From Peptococcaceae bacterium (GTDB lineage: Bacteria > Bacillota > Dehalobacteriia > UBA4068 > JAAVYR01): 64,000 nt of DNA. Below are positions 50,351-60,254 of the stretch, in pieces. Made by a program: the position numbers and the translations under genes. How positions within the stretch are numbered: position 1 is the first letter of the stretch; every line of letters starts with the position of its first letter. The stretch lies in the NCBI GenBank assembly GCA_022791255.1, contig JAAVYR010000016.1, positions 64,497 through 128,496 of the forward strand. Direction: 5' to 3'. Below the pieces are notes generated by a model. The model worked only from the letters and a program-made list of their open reading frames with translations, was not told where the DNA came from and searched no databases.

Positions 50351-50410
50351 AAAGACTTCTTAGCATGACAACATTTTATAAAAAATATTTTCTAAAAGGG
50401 GGTAGGTATT

Positions 50411-50917
50411 TTGCGCCATGCCATCGTTGCCCTGGTCGAGAATAAACCAGGGGTCTTAAGCAAGCTATGCGGCCTTATTGCCCGAAAAGGCTTTAACATC
50501 ATCAATCTTTCTGTAGCAGACACAGAAAGGCCCTCTGTCACCCGCATATCTATGGCAGTAGAAACTACAGAACCTACTGCTCCTGCAGAATTAGCTCAAG
50601 TAGTCCATCAACTGGAAAAGCAGCCCTATGTGCTCCAGGTGTTTAATCTCACCCAGGCGGACCCTATCGCCCGAGAAACCGCTCTCTTCAAAATCGCTGC
50701 CGCACCAGTCGTCCGTGGAGAAGTCTTCCATACCTGCGAAAACTTCCGCGCCCGCGTGCTAGAGGCCGGCCCCGACTCTATGGTAGTAGAAATCACCGGC
50801 GACCATCAAAAGATAGATGCCTTCATTTCCGCTATCGAAAAATACCACATTATCGAGAGCATCCGTACTGGTGAAGTCTTCATGACCAAAGACAATCATC
50901 CCCTACTCTCCAAATAA
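50411..50917 (+). CDS. ilvN: acetolactate synthase small (regulatory) subunit, ACT domain
   Basis: TTG start. The HAIVALVENKPGVLSKLCGLIARKGFNIINLSVADTE segment is a typical ACT domain. 168 aa. Confidence 0.85.
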   Translation: MRHAIVALVENKPGVLSKLCGLIARKGFNIINLSVADTERPSVTRISMAVETTEPTAPAELAQVVHQLEKQPYVLQVFNLTQADPIARETALFKIAAAPVVRGEVFHTCENFRARVLEAGPDSMVVEITGDHQKIDAFISAIEKYHIIESIRTGEVFMTKDNHPLLSK

Positions 50918-50927
50918 TGCCGGACTA

Positions 50928-51185
50928 TGCTCCAAATTACAAAGGCACTACTCTCTACTACCGAGCAATTACATATCCTTCTGTCAGAAGTAGCAAGTAT
51001 TTACCAGGCATATCGTGGCATTATCCGTACATCGTGGCATAATCTTGTCATCCTGAGCAAAGTGAAACGGAGCAAAGGATCTTAGATACTGCCACACACT
51101 ACAAAAGCATTGCTCTCTACTACCAGCAATCACACATCTCGCTGCCGGAAGTACTTAGTATTTCTCATGTACTTTGTGGCAATAT
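50928..51185. repeat. dispersed intergenic repeat, two tandem copies (4 and 5), the first with a hairpin module
   Basis: CTCTACTACCGAGCAATTAC...CTGTCAGAAGTAGCAAGTAT...CGTGGCA...GTCATCCTGAGCAAAG...CAAAGGATCT, then CTCTACTACCAGCAATCAC...GCCGGAAGTACTTAGTAT...TGTGGCA. Confidence 0.6.
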
Positions 51186-51188
51186 ATA

Positions 51189-51222
51189 AAAGGACCTCCG
51201 TTAAATAACGGAGGTCCTTTTT
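51189..51222 (-). terminator. rho-independent terminator of the 1057-aa SLH protein gene
   Basis: AAAAGGACCTCCGTTA-aat-AACGGAGGTCCTTTTTT. Confidence 0.55.
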
Positions 51223-51251
51223 TCTGGTGAATAATCAACCGTTGAGATTAA

Positions 51252-54200
51252 TTATTTCCAGGTTTCTTTGTTCCCATCTTTGGTGTAATCATGTTCGTTT
51301 GCAGCTTCGATTACATCAAAGTATGCCCAGTGGTTAGTAGCCACATCTGGGAAGGTTTTGTATTGAGCGCCAGCGATGCTAGCAGCGTCAATTTCCCGTT
51401 CAAGCATGTTGTTTACGATGCTTACTACTTCAGCTCTGCTGATGTTTTGGTTTGGACGGAAGGTACCATCTGGGTAACCGCCGATCCAGCCTTTAGCATA
51501 TGCAGAGTTGATGCTGTTGATAGCCCAGTGGCTAGCAGCTACATCAGTAAATGCATTCTTGTCGGTGTTTTCCAGTTTGTCGAAGCGGGAAGCCATAGCA
51601 GCAAATTCAGCTCTGGTAATTGCAGCATCTGGACGGAAAGTACCGTCTTCATAACCATTGATGATGTTGTAATCTTCCATGTAGCCGATGTAGTTTGCAT
51701 ACCAAGCGCCTGCTTTTACATCACTGAAGCTGGAGTTGTAGCTAGCTTCTACATCCATTTTTTCATTCATCAAGCGAGCGAAGATAGTGATAGCTTCTGC
51801 TCTGGTGATGGATTTATTTGGAGCGAAGGTGCCGTCTTCATAACCACGAACATAAGCGATATGGTCGTCTTTGTTCAGGTCAGCAGTTTTGTTGCTTTCA
51901 AAGATAGCAGTAAAGGTAGTATCTTCTTTAATTCTTACATCAGAAGGATCTACGATTGTCTTGCCATCTAAGGACCAACCTTTGAATTCGTAACCATCTT
52001 TAGCAGTTACTTTAGGCGCTTTGGTAGGATATGCGTTAGCTTTTACGCTTTCGCTGTCGCTGCCAGAGATAGTGCCGCCTTTGCCTACTTTGTAGGTTAC
52101 ATCATAGTATTTGCCGCCGCTGGAGCTAGAACCGCCACCGATAGAACCGGTAGAGGATTTCTTAGGTGTGCCGGTAGCTGTACCAGCGTCACTTGTACCA
52201 GCGTTGTTAGTTGCAGTTACTTCTACAGTGTATTGGTCGCCATTGGTCAGGCCAGTAACTACCTTTTCTAAAGGTTGATCTGCAGTTACATCTGCAGCAG
52301 TGCCTACAACATCACCGTTTTTATCTTTTACGGTTACGGTGTATTTGGTGATTTCAGCACCGTTTTCAGCAGGTTTCGTCCAAGTGATAGTCAATTTTTC
52401 GTTGCCTGCTTTTACAGTTACGACTGGAGCGTCTGGTTTTTGAGCTGGGATATTGGTTACATTAGAACCAATAGTACCGCTATAAGTGCCATCTTCTTTT
52501 GCAGTAGCTTTTACAGTGATATTTTTGCCGATATCATCTTTTGTGATAGTATATTCGATACCGGTTTCACCAGCAATAGCATCGTCACCACGATACCATT
52601 GTAATGTTACATCATTCATAGTAACACCAGCAGGTCCCATGGTTCCTTCAGCAGCTGTTAATTTTTCACCAACAGTGGTGTTACCAGTTACTGCTAATTG
52701 ACCAGTCAATACTGCTTTACCTGGAGTAATTGCTGCGCTGGTCTTGCTACCAGTGTAGTTACCATCTGCTTTAGCAGTGATTTTTACGGTGATAGCTTTA
52801 TTCATATCATCAGCAGTTACAGTGTAAGTAGTACCAGTTGCACCAGCAATATTAGCACCTGCGCGTAACCATTGGATATCTACATCAGCTGCAGCTGCAT
52901 TTACACCAGTAAAGTTTGCAGTGAGAGTTTCCCCAATAGATGCAGCGCCGTCACCATTAGCATCAGTCAAGTCAATGGTAGGAGCATTGTTGATAGCCAA
53001 TTTGCCAATAGTCCAGTCAATGGTCAAGCCTTCTTTTGCAGCATAGTTAGCACCAGCATCTACTTTGAAGGTTACTACATAAGTACCAGCATTAGTAGCA
53101 GTGGTAGCAACAGCACCAGCTGCACCATTCTTAGGCTGTACATTGGTTACAGTGATAGTACCCATACCGTTAACACCATCTTTTGCAGCAACAACAGGTG
53201 TTTGAGCAGCTTTGTTATAAATAACATCTGTTACTTTGAAATTGCCGTTTTGAGGTTCGGTTAATGGTTTTGGAGCGCCAACAGTAATATTAGCTGCAGC
53301 ACTAGCCTTGTAGTTGTCGTTTTCTTTTACCCGTACCCAATATTTAGTACCAGCATTAGTACCATTTACAGTGATTTTACCATCAGCACCAGCAGCAACT
53401 ACAGTAGCATCAGTAAAGGTTGTACCATTAGTGCTGATTTCATAGGTTCTGGTATTATCATAGTTTTTAATGGTAATAACACCATCGTTACCTGCGATAG
53501 TAGCATCTTGTTTTTCCAAGTTAGGAGTATCAGTATCAGCTTTTGCTACCGTTACAGATAAGTTCTGATCGATGGTTTGACCAGATTTTGCAGATGTAAA
53601 GGTTACTTTACCAGTGTAAGTCTTAGCGTCTACCTTAGTAGCTTTCAAGGTAACCTTTACAGTAGCGGTTTTAGCGCCAGTGTTAGGTACAGTTACAGTC
53701 ATTTTTTCTAAGTCAAAGTTACCTGCACCTGTAGCATCTAAGCTAACTGCAACATCATCCAATTCATCTGTACCAATGTTGGTCAGAGTGAATGTTGTTT
53801 CAGCAGTTAATGCAGAACCTGTGTATTTCAGGTTGGTTGGGAAAGCAGCAGTATTTGCTACTTTAAATGCAAACTGAACTGGAACTTTACCATCTACCAA
53901 AGTAACAGTTGCGGTTTTAGCATCATCTGGCCCTTCACTAGTAGCATATATCCATGCAAGCAACTGATCGGTAGGTCCAAATCCTGTTACGGGAACAATC
54001 TTACTTGTTGCACCATTCATAAGATTTTCATCGTTATTAACATTAATTAAAACGCTACTAGATGGTGCACCATTCCCTACATTTGCTGTAATATCAGCAA
54101 CACCACCATAGGGATAAGTCTCACCATTTTCGTTATCGTACCAATCCATAAAGGCTTTGGTAATAACAGTTGTGTAAATACCTTCACCGCCGTCAGCACC

Positions 54201-54425
54201 AATTTTAATGCCAACACCAGTCATTTTTGCGGTATCGGTTTCTTCGGCCCCAGATGCATTAATGTTTACAAACTGCACACTATGGCTTGCTGCAAAAGCA
54301 GATATTGGTGTAATTGTAAACAGCATGGATGCACAGAGAACAGAAGCTACTACTTTTTTCAAAGATAGTTTACCCACTTCTTTAATCTCTCCTTTCAATA
54401 TTAAAATAAAGACATACGTTTGCAA
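51252..54425 (-). CDS. S-layer-homology (SLH) domain surface protein, 1057 aa, multi-domain
   Basis: N-terminal signal peptide (…LFTITPISAFA/ASH). Thr/Ala/Gly/Val-rich beta-sandwich repeats, an FN3 domain (PDAPVVTVKAGNEKLTITWTKP...YTVEVTATN) and a Listeria-Bacteroides-type repeat (YDVTYKVGKGGTISG...GYEFKGW). Three C-terminal SLH domains (FSDV..WYANYI, FTDVAASHWA, FPDVATNHWA). Confidence 0.8.
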   Translation of the reverse strand: MQTYVFILILKGEIKEVGKLSLKKVVASVLCASMLFTITPISAFAASHSVQFVNINASGAEETDTAKMTGVGIKIGADGGEGIYTTVITKAFMDWYDNENGETYPYGGVADITANVGNGAPSSSVLINVNNDENLMNGATSKIVPVTGFGPTDQLLAWIYATSEGPDDAKTATVTLVDGKVPVQFAFKVANTAAFPTNLKYTGSALTAETTFTLTNIGTDELDDVAVSLDATGAGNFDLEKMTVTVPNTGAKTATVKVTLKATKVDAKTYTGKVTFTSAKSGQTIDQNLSVTVAKADTDTPNLEKQDATIAGNDGVITIKNYDNTRTYEISTNGTTFTDATVVAAGADGKITVNGTNAGTKYWVRVKENDNYKASAAANITVGAPKPLTEPQNGNFKVTDVIYNKAAQTPVVAAKDGVNGMGTITVTNVQPKNGAAGAVATTATNAGTYVVTFKVDAGANYAAKEGLTIDWTIGKLAINNAPTIDLTDANGDGAASIGETLTANFTGVNAAAADVDIQWLRAGANIAGATGTTYTVTADDMNKAITVKITAKADGNYTGSKTSAAITPGKAVLTGQLAVTGNTTVGEKLTAAEGTMGPAGVTMNDVTLQWYRGDDAIAGETGIEYTITKDDIGKNITVKATAKEDGTYSGTIGSNVTNIPAQKPDAPVVTVKAGNEKLTITWTKPAENGAEITKYTVTVKDKNGDVVGTAADVTADQPLEKVVTGLTNGDQYTVEVTATNNAGTSDAGTATGTPKKSSTGSIGGGSSSSGGKYYDVTYKVGKGGTISGSDSESVKANAYPTKAPKVTAKDGYEFKGWSLDGKTIVDPSDVRIKEDTTFTAIFESNKTADLNKDDHIAYVRGYEDGTFAPNKSITRAEAITIFARLMNEKMDVEASYNSSFSDVKAGAWYANYIGYMEDYNIINGYEDGTFRPDAAITRAEFAAMASRFDKLENTDKNAFTDVAASHWAINSINSAYAKGWIGGYPDGTFRPNQNISRAEVVSIVNNMLEREIDAASIAGAQYKTFPDVATNHWAYFDVIEAANEHDYTKDGNKETWK

Positions 54426-54446
54426 CCGAATTTTTTAAAATCACCA

Positions 54447-56552
54447 CTATTCACCAGGTGCAAAAATAGAACCTGCCGTGGTACCCAATGCGTCTGTAAT
54501 TTCCCGTTTGGTTAAGTCTCGTTCTCCACCATCGCTATTTTTTGCTGACCAAGCATTGAGGATAGCATTTCTAATAGCAGCAGCGTTACCAGCACCGGTA
54601 ACACTAATGCCCACTGCACGTAATTGGCTATTATTAATTTGATCCATTGTATTATCTCGACAACAATCATTAATCCAACCTAAATAACATTCATATAAAT
54701 AGGTCTTATCTGCACGAGATAGAACAGCACGATTAGAACCATCAAATTGAACAGTCTGTGTTGTTCCCTTATCATAAGTAGATGTGGATACCCCTACACG
54801 AGAACCGCAAGAAACCCAGTTACTCATGCCATAAGTATCAACAACTTCCCAAATAACACGGTCAATCCCTGCGGTTGTTGTCGCATATGGTAAGAGCTCA
54901 ATCACTTCTTTATCCGCACCGGATAAATCATATAAACTATATAGAGTGTTAGAACCGGAAATCATTCTCACACGGAGCGCCGGTTTGGCCGGGCGAGGGA
55001 TAATCTTACCCTCTGCATTTTTCCGAGTTACTTCTACTTTGATATAGTTTACACCGGCCGTAGTATAGCGACCGTAATCTACTGGAGTTACCGTGTATTG
55101 TCTTCCTGGTTCACCCATAGCTTCCCACTCAGCAATGTAGGCTTCATCTGCCACAAAAGCAGCCTTGAGCACCATATCCCCTTGGACGTCCGTAAAATCA
55201 GCTTTATCAGCCGGCTCACCTAGCTGACGGGACGCATCCGGTTCGGTCTCACTATCCACTGCCATATTATTGGCATTACTAGATGAAACTCTTGCACCAT
55301 AAGTGGTAGGTGTTTCACTTTCATACGGGATCCAACAACCAAAGATATATCCTGGATGTGCGTATTCCAGTTGTTTATCTTCTTGGAATTTACTTACGTA
55401 TTGGGTAGCGTCCCCTTTTGGGACGATTACAGATCCCAGCATAGAATTATCCCAATCATAAAATACAATAGCAGCAAAGTCACTCGGGTCAGGAGGCCCG
55501 CCACTACCAGAGTTTACAGAGATACCATTTTTCACTGACAGGAAGTGCCAGTTTAGGATATCCACAGGCTCGGTATCCGTGGTGTAAAAATATGTACCAC
55601 TGCGCCCTGCAGGAGAATTAACCGCAGTGGCATCCTCTGCCACTTTGATACCATATTTCGCCATGAAATCCTCTGCCGTCTCTGCTGGAGGGTCATCAGG
55701 ATTTTCTGGGGTATCTGGGTTATCAGGGTCCGTTGGATCAGTTGGCCCCGGTTCTGTAGGCTCTCCGCCACCTTCTCCCGTACCACCGCCACCTTCACTA
55801 CCATCTCCTGTTTCATCAGCCTGAGTGCTAGGCTCATCTGTTTCATCAGGGTTTGGTGTGGGGTTTTCAGGGTCTGGTTCTTCCGGGTCAGGGGTCGGCT
55901 CTACAGGCGGTTCTTCCGGTGGTTCCGGCGTCTCCGTTGGTAACGCAAAACGCACTGTTACCACTTGGTCCACAGCAGATGTAGCGTCTATCAAGCCATG
56001 ATTAGACTGGAAACCATTACCGGCTGCCAGTTCTTGTAAGCCTTCTAGTCCCATCTCGCTGGGTTGCACCTGATTTAGCCCATATAATGGTGCCGGTGCT
56101 TGCACAGGCACATTGGTAGGGGTAGGTGCTTCCACGCTTAAGTAAAGATATCCCTTATTGGTCGTGCTGTCAATGACAGTAAATGCAGTCTTCCCGCTGA
56201 TAATGTCTTTCCCCTTCGTAGGCAAAGGCACAGCGTGGTCCCACATCGTTTCACCTTCAGCTAGCGCCGTTGGGTCTACTTTAGCCTTATTTAACAGTTC
56301 GTCCGTTACTTCATCTGCCCATCCGCAAGGCTTGAGCGCAGAGGCATCATATTCTAATACCACACCGGTAGATTGGAAGCTATCATTCTTGCTATCTATT
56401 CTTAAGCCCAGTTCTAATGCAGCGCCATTATCCACTCTGGCCGCAACGACCGTTACTTCCGGTGGCACTTGGTTCGCACCCACAACACCCAGGCTAAAGA
56501 AAGCTACCAATAATGCTGCCATGCACATCAATAACATGATTTTCTTTCTCAT
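54447..56552 (-). CDS. secreted surface protein, 701 aa, with an N-terminal cohesin-like module and a Pro/Glu/Thr/Asp-rich linker
   Basis: Signal peptide MRKKIMLLMCMAALLVAFFSLGVVGA. About 170-aa N-terminal domain containing a TGVVLEYDASALKP block. About 90-residue PE/PT/DP-rich linker. C-terminal domain of unknown function. Confidence 0.5.
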   Translation of the reverse strand: MRKKIMLLMCMAALLVAFFSLGVVGANQVPPEVTVVAARVDNGAALELGLRIDSKNDSFQSTGVVLEYDASALKPCGWADEVTDELLNKAKVDPTALAEGETMWDHAVPLPTKGKDIISGKTAFTVIDSTTNKGYLYLSVEAPTPTNVPVQAPAPLYGLNQVQPSEMGLEGLQELAAGNGFQSNHGLIDATSAVDQVVTVRFALPTETPEPPEEPPVEPTPDPEEPDPENPTPNPDETDEPSTQADETGDGSEGGGGTGEGGGEPTEPGPTDPTDPDNPDTPENPDDPPAETAEDFMAKYGIKVAEDATAVNSPAGRSGTYFYTTDTEPVDILNWHFLSVKNGISVNSGSGGPPDPSDFAAIVFYDWDNSMLGSVIVPKGDATQYVSKFQEDKQLEYAHPGYIFGCWIPYESETPTTYGARVSSSNANNMAVDSETEPDASRQLGEPADKADFTDVQGDMVLKAAFVADEAYIAEWEAMGEPGRQYTVTPVDYGRYTTAGVNYIKVEVTRKNAEGKIIPRPAKPALRVRMISGSNTLYSLYDLSGADKEVIELLPYATTTAGIDRVIWEVVDTYGMSNWVSCGSRVGVSTSTYDKGTTQTVQFDGSNRAVLSRADKTYLYECYLGWINDCCRDNTMDQINNSQLRAVGISVTGAGNAAAIRNAILNAWSAKNSDGGERDLTKREITDALGTTAGSIFAPGE

Positions 56553-56597
56553 GTTCCGTTTTCCCTCCTTCGATCCATTATCCTTGCATGGGGCAAA

Positions 56598-58286
56598 TCA
56601 ATTATTCTGCCGCACCACCTCCTTCACCTGATTATAATAATCTTTATGCATTAAGATATTTAAATCTTGCATATCTATTTTACCATCGCCGTCAATATCT
56701 GCACAGTATTTTTCATAGTTATATTTTGCCAATTTTTGTTCGGCGACCGCATTGCCTTCTTCTGCAGGCGGTTCTTTCCGACTATGGTTGATAAAGCCTA
56801 AGAGAACGGTTCTATCGGAAAGCTTGGTCTTATCATCGCCACCGACTTCTGTTTCTTTTTCATTGGTGATATCACCAGGAATTAAGAAGGTATCCGGCAC
56901 GCTGCATTCACCGCTTGCCAGAGAGAGACCTTCATACACAGCAGTGATATGGCCCGGCTTTAAGATTTCTACCTTATAGATCCCAGCTTCCCCCACAGTA
57001 AAGGTTCCTTTTTGTTTATATCTCCAAGTACCCTTACTATTACCGTGAAAAGTCTTTTGGCCAGTGACATCTAGCTCTGTCCAGCTTGTCCCACTGCTAG
57101 CATCATCCCCTGTAGTGGTATCACCAGCGTCATCAGCCAGTCCGCTTTCACCGCCGCCACTTTCACTATCTCCGCCATCTTCACCACCACCAGGTGTTTC
57201 CCCGCCGCCTTCTTCCGTGTCGCCGCCTTGGGGACCTTGCCATACCGGCAACTCTATAAAACCAGTGACATCAGCAGGATAGGTTCCATCTTCGCCTTGA
57301 AGATACCACTTGATGGTAACTGGCTTTTTGGGGTCATAAGAAGTAATCACACCAGCTTCCAGCTCAGAAGCTAAATCACAATCAATATCTGTCTGTACTT
57401 GCAGCTCGATACGATAAGTGCCATCTGCTTCTTTTTCTACTGGACAAATAAATTCATGATAAGGCATACCATTGATGCAGACTTCGCCATCGATTTCCTC
57501 TACCACCAATTTACCTTCAAACTCAGCAGGCAATCGTTTAGCTACCAACTCCGGTAAATCATCAATAGTTACCGGCAAGTCGGCTATATTTACTTCTACA
57601 TTATGACGGAAATACCCTTGGTAGTAACCAACACGGTCAGGCCGAACCTGCATTTCCTCTGCTGTTGCTGTTCGCCAGATACTTTCTGCTACCATCAAAT
57701 CATGGTCAGGAACGGTATTCCCATAGTGAGAATGTTCCTTAATCATGTCCTCAAAATGGAGCAACTGAATATCTGCCAGCGATAAATCAGCAACAGCACT
57801 GCCATCAGTATCCTGCAAAAGGATTTCCAGCAAATGAACACGATGCTCTTCTCCGTTTACAGGAGGTAAAACATTACTACGAGTCCAGCCAAGGGCATAA
57901 TACTCAGCACCAGAGTCCCGGGTACCGCTTAAAACATTTCCTCCCAAACCAATAGCCGCCAGTTCATAATAAGGCTCACTACCACTGGCAATGTGCGGTG
58001 TAATGTTAGCATTACTTCCTGCTGGCAATTGAAAGCCAAAAGAGCCAGAATATAACGGTGCGTCTGCCGGTTCTATTAAATATACATTTAATGTTCTTGC
58101 ACCACCAGTCCCCAGCATTGCAACATTACCCAATGTAACCTCATACCGATAAGGCACAACTGGAACATCAGGAACGACAGGGTCTTCCTCTCCTTCAGAG
58201 GCAGCCCTTACCACCAATGGCGCAGCCAACACAAAAACCATGAAGCAAAGCAATAATAAATATCGCCTTTTTCCAACCCGCTGCAT
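56598..58286 (-). CDS. secreted protein, 562 aa, with a C-terminal dockerin-like Ca-binding repeat
   Basis: Signal peptide (…VVRA/ASEG), Gly/Asp/Glu-rich linker and C-terminal DIDGDGKIDMQDLNILMHKDYY (DxDxDGxxDxxD, an EF-hand/dockerin-type loop). Confidence 0.5.
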   Translation of the reverse strand: MQRVGKRRYLLLLCFMVFVLAAPLVVRAASEGEEDPVVPDVPVVPYRYEVTLGNVAMLGTGGARTLNVYLIEPADAPLYSGSFGFQLPAGSNANITPHIASGSEPYYELAAIGLGGNVLSGTRDSGAEYYALGWTRSNVLPPVNGEEHRVHLLEILLQDTDGSAVADLSLADIQLLHFEDMIKEHSHYGNTVPDHDLMVAESIWRTATAEEMQVRPDRVGYYQGYFRHNVEVNIADLPVTIDDLPELVAKRLPAEFEGKLVVEEIDGEVCINGMPYHEFICPVEKEADGTYRIELQVQTDIDCDLASELEAGVITSYDPKKPVTIKWYLQGEDGTYPADVTGFIELPVWQGPQGGDTEEGGGETPGGGEDGGDSESGGGESGLADDAGDTTTGDDASSGTSWTELDVTGQKTFHGNSKGTWRYKQKGTFTVGEAGIYKVEILKPGHITAVYEGLSLASGECSVPDTFLIPGDITNEKETEVGGDDKTKLSDRTVLLGFINHSRKEPPAEEGNAVAEQKLAKYNYEKYCADIDGDGKIDMQDLNILMHKDYYNQVKEVVRQNN

Positions 58287-58344
58287 AATATTACCTTCTT
58301 TTTACTTTCCAGATTTCAATATAATTCTAACCCGATATCATCAC

Positions 58345-60087
58345 CTAGTTTAACTTATTGTAAATACGATATAAGAATACGGCTGTTTCCGCCCGGGTAG
58401 TGTTTGCTAAAGGATTAAGTTTATGACTTTCATCCCCGGCGATAAAGCCTTCTTCTACCATACGCCCTACACTCTCAATAGCATAATCCGAAATTTGGTT
58501 TTTGTCTACAAATTCCGCAAAAATTGTTTCATCAACAGAAGCCCCTTCTATCTTTTGCAGATAAACAAGAGCGCGGCTGGTTAATACCATCATATCTTGC
58601 CGGCTGATACTAGCTTCCGGTTCAAAGCGGTTATCGCCGCTGCCCTGGGCAATCCCCAGCTGTTTCGCAATGGCAATTTCCTTATAATAATATTTATCCG
58701 GTGTTACATCGGCAAAGTTCCCTTCTGGTTCTCCATTAGGACTTAACATTCTCACTAATAAAACCATAAAGTCCGCCCGGGTAATTCGGTCATTTGGAGA
58801 GAAGGTAGTTGGCGTTGTTCCTTTGATAATGCCCTTTTCCGCTAAAGCCAAAATTGCTTCTCTAGCCCAAGGTACAGAAGTCAAATCACTAAAACTGCTA
58901 CCATTGGTTGCTGTACCATTATTGGCATTGTTTTCGTTATCTTCTTTATCCTGTTTGATGTCACTAATAGCCCCACGGCTTAACACTGTCAATACAAAAT
59001 CTCTGGTAGCAGAAGCCTGATTTTTCTTTACAGTAGCTGTTAGCGTTACTTGCGTTTTAGTAGCCCGAGGAAATACATTCCCGGTGTTACTAATCACTTC
59101 CGAGTCACTGCTAGCCCAAGTGATTTCGGTACTATCTTGGCCAGTAGTAGGCAAGCCTACAATGCTGGTAACAGCATTGGCGCTATCTCCCGGTATGTAA
59201 GAAATGGTCAAATGCTCTGTCACATAGTCCACCAATTGTTGGTCCGTTAACAGCACCACTTCTTCAGTTTTATCTACTTTATCCACGGTTACTTTATCAT
59301 ATTTAGTACCATAACCGTTCAGAGACACCCGATAGGAATAAGTACCATCGGTTAAATATGTTTCTGCTTTGCCATTGCTATCTGCTTCCACTGTCCGATT
59401 GTTTACTAATACGCTAGCAGCCAAAGCCTGTCCCACACCATCTTTGATATCAAAGGTAATGAGGCGCAAGTTTGCTGGTCTTGCATCGTCATTCGGATAG
59501 TCGAAGGTCACATCGCAAAACAGTTCATTATCAAGGTTATAAAAATAATAGGTTAAATCTAATGCACCGATAAACGCGCCGCTCCGCCAATTTACATTGC
59601 CGGCTGCACTCATGTCTAAAAGTCTTAAAGTATCCCAGTCGAGGTCATCGGCAGTTACCCCGTCTGCTAATTGAAATTCTAATTGAACCAACGCTTTTGG
59701 TTCGGTACGGCTATCTAAAGTATTCTCTTGAGAATACCAAGCAAACATAACATAGCCGTCTTCATTGGAAATCAAATCACTTACATCATAGTTATCTTGA
59801 GTAACTACTACCCCAGCCTGTCTTTGAATGGCTCTATTAAAGTCGTTAGCTCGAGATAATTGCATTTTAGTTTCATCAAAATCTAAAGCAAAGCGGCCGA
59901 TGGAACCTTCTACCCCTTCTATAGAAATGGTAGCAATAAAACGGTTGCCAGAGGCGATATTTCCTTCTACTATGTAGCCTACTTGGTCTGCAGCCATTGC
60001 TTGTACGCCACAGCATAAGAAGCACAAGACAGCTACCAGCAGAGTAGCAAACCACTTTTGTTTACCCATCAACCTCTCTCCTTTCAA
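58345..60087 (-). CDS. SLH-anchored surface protein, 580 aa, with an N-terminal cohesin-like module (putative anchoring scaffoldin)
   Basis: Signal peptide (…CCGVQAMA/ADQ). N-terminal beta-rich domain with a GRFALDFDETKMQLS block, an Ig-like middle domain (ITWASSDSEVISNTGNV) and three C-terminal SLH domains (FSDLTSVPWAREAI, FADVTPDKYYYKEI, FAEFVDKNQISDYAI). Confidence 0.65.
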   Translation of the reverse strand: MKGERLMGKQKWFATLLVAVLCFLCCGVQAMAADQVGYIVEGNIASGNRFIATISIEGVEGSIGRFALDFDETKMQLSRANDFNRAIQRQAGVVVTQDNYDVSDLISNEDGYVMFAWYSQENTLDSRTEPKALVQLEFQLADGVTADDLDWDTLRLLDMSAAGNVNWRSGAFIGALDLTYYFYNLDNELFCDVTFDYPNDDARPANLRLITFDIKDGVGQALAASVLVNNRTVEADSNGKAETYLTDGTYSYRVSLNGYGTKYDKVTVDKVDKTEEVVLLTDQQLVDYVTEHLTISYIPGDSANAVTSIVGLPTTGQDSTEITWASSDSEVISNTGNVFPRATKTQVTLTATVKKNQASATRDFVLTVLSRGAISDIKQDKEDNENNANNGTATNGSSFSDLTSVPWAREAILALAEKGIIKGTTPTTFSPNDRITRADFMVLLVRMLSPNGEPEGNFADVTPDKYYYKEIAIAKQLGIAQGSGDNRFEPEASISRQDMMVLTSRALVYLQKIEGASVDETIFAEFVDKNQISDYAIESVGRMVEEGFIAGDESHKLNPLANTTRAETAVFLYRIYNKLN

Positions 60088-60254
60088 TTTCGTAAGTCAT
60101 CAAAATTCGTAACTTGTAAGTTTAAAAACATATAACATATCACTTCCTGGGCAGCCTGAGCAATATCTCAAGCCGCCCGGAAGTCATATGATGAAACTAT
60201 AGTCTAACCAATTTAATCATAGTATACCATAGTTTTTTTTAGATAACCACTGGC

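Noticed and set aside
51252-60087. Sortase (1941-2714) as the anchoring enzyme for the big surface proteins
   Set aside because: None of the surface proteins ends in an LPXTG/NPQTN sorting signal with a hydrophobic tail. They end in SLH or dockerin-like modules, so the sortase substrates must be elsewhere.
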